Shown here piece after piece: positions 36,585 to 39,188 of a stretch of 39,188 nt of DNA; the first letter of the stretch is position 1, and the number at the start of each line of letters is the position of its first letter. Position numbers and translations under genes: made by a program. Location: contig JAWXAY010000069.1 in NCBI GenBank assembly GCA_034439715.1, positions 1-39,188 on the forward strand, given 5' to 3'. Source of the stretch: Pseudomonadota bacterium (GTDB lineage: Bacteria > Bdellovibrionota > Bdellovibrionia > Bdellovibrionales > SG-bin7). Under the pieces are notes generated by a model. The model was not told the DNA's origin, did no database searches, and worked only from the letters and a program-made list of their open reading frames with translations.

Positions 36585-37453
36585 AAAAAGAAACCGCCCT
36601 ATTCATAGCAATGTTCTTATATTTTTTCTCTCTACCGGTAAAAACTTCTGTGGGATTAAAACTGAGCTCTCCCCTACAGCTTAAGACCTCTTACGCGCCC
36701 GGGAGTCCGCTTCTTGTCACTCAAATTCCAAATGTTCAACATTATTCAATTTCAGGAAATGCCATGACCTCTCTTAAAGACGGACTTTTTTTTGGCGCCA
36801 TTGACCTCTACTACGAAGGACCTACTTTTCTCTCCGGTACCTGGGAAAAAGACGGAATGACGGATGTAAGTTATTTTGTGACCCCGATAAAGCTAATAAG
36901 GTCTCGGTCCCCGCAACCAATCAATATTCGCTTTCCGAGTAGCGTACAAAAATCAGTTTTTGAGGCTGACGAGGCTCAAAAGAATATTGAAAGGCAAGAT
37001 ATAAATAAAGCAATTGAATCAACAGGCGGAATTCTTTCGGATTTTTGCTGGGGTTTTCCTGTGAATTCAAAAGTAGTTTCAAAGTTTGGTAGCTATCGTA
37101 CAGCTAAGGCTGGCAAGACCTATTACCACGGTGGGGTAGATTTACGGGCCATCACAGGCACACCTGTTTACGCCAGCTCTGAGGGTATAGTTACTCTTGC
37201 CCAGACAATGATTGTTCCCGGAAAAATAGTAACAATTAATCATGGTGCAGGAATTCATTCGATGTACATGCACCTCAGTGAAATTAAAATTAAAACTGGT
37301 GACAGAGTAAAAAAGGGACAGCTTATCGCTCTTTCAGGGGGAACCGGTCGGGCGGAAGCTCCACATCTTCACTGGGAAGTTCGTTGGAGAGGAATTTCTT
37401 TAGATCCTCTGGAGCTTCGGCGCGCTTTGGAACCTTTTTGCGATCCAAAGTAA
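36581..37453 (+). CDS. M23-family metallopeptidase
   Basis: SKFG.YR, HGGVD (HxxxD), GTPVYAS..G.V, YMHLS, PHLHWE (HxH). Confidence 0.92.
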   Translation: MKKETALFIAMFLYFFSLPVKTSVGLKLSSPLQLKTSYAPGSPLLVTQIPNVQHYSISGNAMTSLKDGLFFGAIDLYYEGPTFLSGTWEKDGMTDVSYFVTPIKLIRSRSPQPINIRFPSSVQKSVFEADEAQKNIERQDINKAIESTGGILSDFCWGFPVNSKVVSKFGSYRTAKAGKTYYHGGVDLRAITGTPVYASSEGIVTLAQTMIVPGKIVTINHGAGIHSMYMHLSEIKIKTGDRVKKGQLIALSGGTGRAEAPHLHWEVRWRGISLDPLELRRALEPFCDPK

Positions 37454-37778
37454 ATTTTATAGTCATTACCCAAGGCTTTCCTACATAGGCATTTATTTTA
37501 TCCATCATAGACTGAGTAATAAAATTTAACTGCTGAATGTAAACTGGGTGCTCAACCCAAATCGATAAAGTTCCCTTAAAAAAATCAACGGGTTCACACT
37601 GCCCACTCAATTCCGCTCCAATCACTTCGGGCCATTTAAACCAGATTTGCCAGCGCAAATACTGGTCTGATATCGGTAGCTTACCAATTTGCAGCAGTGA
37701 TAATAATACATCGTTTGCAGTCGTTAAACGGCTTTTCTTTCTAATTTTTCGTTTATAGGGTATACGACCTTCAGACAT
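37323..37778 (-). CDS. dciA: DciA / DUF721 family protein
   Basis: I..KWPEVIG.ELS..CEP.....GTL.IWVEHP...QQL.F....M.DKIN...G...V..IKF pattern. Confidence 0.8.
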   Translation of the reverse strand: MSEGRIPYKRKIRKKSRLTTANDVLLSLLQIGKLPISDQYLRWQIWFKWPEVIGAELSGQCEPVDFFKGTLSIWVEHPVYIQQLNFITQSMMDKINAYVGKPWVMTIKFTLDRKKVPKRAEAPEDLKKFLSNELPSEDVELPPDRFPLKER

Positions 37779-37792
37779 GGGAAATTATTAAC

Positions 37793-39097
37793 ATGAATGA
37801 TTTGAAAACTCCAATTCATATTGTTGGCGCTGGACTTGCTGGAAGCGAGTGTGCCTTTCAATTGGCTAGCCTAGGCTACGATGTGGAGCTCTATGAAATG
37901 CGGGATAAAACAATGACCCCTGCTCACAAAACAGGTTTGTTTGCTGAACTTGTGTGCTCAAATTCTTTTGGCAGTCAAACCGATTATTCAGCGCCCGGGC
38001 AGCTTAAGTGGGAGGCCGAAAAATTGGGCTCGCTGATTTTATCGAGCGCTAAAAAATCTATCGTGCCTGCTGGTATGTCTTTAAGTGTAGATCGCACAGT
38101 TTTTTCGCAAATGATTACTGACACATTAAAGTCTCTAAAAAATATTCGCATTCACAGTACAGTCATTGAGGATTTAGCCGACATTCCTCGACCGGCAATA
38201 ATTGCGACGGGCCCACTCACCTACTTAAAACTGGCGCAGAGTATGCAAAAACATTTTGGTCAGGAATTTCTTTATTTTTACGATGCCATTGCTCCGATTA
38301 TTGATACTGATTCCATAAATATGAATATTGCGTGGAAAGGTGATCGTTGGGATAAAGGGACCAAAGATTATATTAATTGCCCTCTCAGCAAAGAACAATA
38401 TTACCGTTTAGTAGAAGAAATCAAAAATTCACAAAAAGTTGAGTTTAAAGAATTTGAAAAAACTCCGTACTTCGAAGGCTGCATGCCCATTGAGGCGATT
38501 GTCGAACGTGGTCCTGAAACTTTGCGCTTTGGCCCGATGTCTCCTAAAGGGTTATTTAATCCAAAAAACACAGAACAGCGAGCCTACGCCGTGGCACAGT
38601 TGCGCCAAGATAATCTTGAGGGTACCGCTTACAACATGGTGGGATTTCAAACTAAAATGACTTACGGTGAACAAGCCAGAGTCTTACGGCTAATTCCTGG
38701 TCTAGAGAATGCCGAATTTTTAAAGTACGGCAGCATTCATAGAAACCTTTTTATTAATTCGCCAAAACTTTTGAATTCCGATTTATCTAGCCGCCATGAT
38801 CCCCTATTATTTTTTGCCGGACAAATTACCGGTGTTGAAGGTTATTTTGAATCAACCTGCACGGGGCTTATGGTTGCCAGGTTTATCAATCAAAAACTTT
38901 TAGGCCAGGCCTTTACACCGCCTTCACGAGAATCCGCATTCGGTTCGCTGCTAAATGCGATCACTGTCGAGCAAAAAGAAAATTTTCAACCCACCAATAT
39001 TAATTTCAGTTTGTTTCCCCCACCGACCGAACTTATCCGCGACAAAACTTTGAAGCGCCAGTTTATTTTAGATCAGGCTAAATCATCGTATCTTTAA
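37793..39097 (+). CDS. trmFO: Methylenetetrahydrofolate-tRNA-(uracil-54)-methyltransferase TrmFO (Gid)
   Basis: IVGAGLAGSECA.QL, AELVCSNS, IATGPLT, FYDAIAPII, YINCP, FEGCMPIE, YNMVGFQT, IHRN.FINSP, FAGQITGVEGY.ES. Confidence 0.97.
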   Translation: MNDLKTPIHIVGAGLAGSECAFQLASLGYDVELYEMRDKTMTPAHKTGLFAELVCSNSFGSQTDYSAPGQLKWEAEKLGSLILSSAKKSIVPAGMSLSVDRTVFSQMITDTLKSLKNIRIHSTVIEDLADIPRPAIIATGPLTYLKLAQSMQKHFGQEFLYFYDAIAPIIDTDSINMNIAWKGDRWDKGTKDYINCPLSKEQYYRLVEEIKNSQKVEFKEFEKTPYFEGCMPIEAIVERGPETLRFGPMSPKGLFNPKNTEQRAYAVAQLRQDNLEGTAYNMVGFQTKMTYGEQARVLRLIPGLENAEFLKYGSIHRNLFINSPKLLNSDLSSRHDPLLFFAGQITGVEGYFESTCTGLMVARFINQKLLGQAFTPPSRESAFGSLLNAITVEQKENFQPTNINFSLFPPPTELIRDKTLKRQFILDQAKSSYL

Positions 39098-39188
39098 CTG
39101 GGTTCTAACTCGATTACTCGCATGCATCCGGCTCGCGCCATCCGGCCTTCGTGTTTTTGTTTTCCTTGCTTTGAATTTACCCCCTCGC

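Noticed and set aside
39120..39150. CATCCGGC direct repeat resembling an enterobacterial REP half-site
   Set aside because: Only two 8-bp direct copies, no palindrome and no other copies noticed; sits at the window edge.
1..39188. CRISPR arrays, tRNA/rRNA genes, IS elements
   Set aside because: No spaced direct repeats, cloverleaf motifs, transposase ORFs or terminal inverted repeats seen; intergenic space is minimal.

Overview
Bacterial chromosomal window, most consistent with a Bdellovibrionota-type predatory bacterium. This assignment is an inference from gene order and protein style, not a database result. About 26 kb (7168-33471, minus strand) is a flagellar region in two operons, each headed by a sigma54-type promoter. 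Operon 1: large periplasmic TPR protein - receiver-less sigma54 activator - flgBC-fliEFGHIJ - MotE/FlbB-like - fliK-flgD-flgE, closed by a terminator. Operon 2: fliLMNOPQR-flhBAFG-fliA. No motAB, flgFGHI, flgKL, flagellin or flgM lies in the window. The left flank has a divergent trmB-like gene and two poorly understood envelope modules. Module (i) is a three-gene operon behind a FliA(sigma28)-type promoter, encoding an Ig-like lipoprotein, a phage-tail-fibre-like adhesin and a small outer-membrane beta-barrel. Module (ii) is two tandem DUF3015-like secreted proteins followed by a DUF4105 (Lnb-like His/Cys) enzyme with a probable C-terminal barrel, whose signal-peptide codons double as an intrinsic terminator. 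The right flank has a lipoprotein-mlaE-mlaF-mlaD-M23 peptidase operon, dciA (DUF721) and trmFO. I saw no rRNA, tRNA, CRISPR array or mobile element. Family assignments come from motif recognition by eye and need HMM or structure confirmation.
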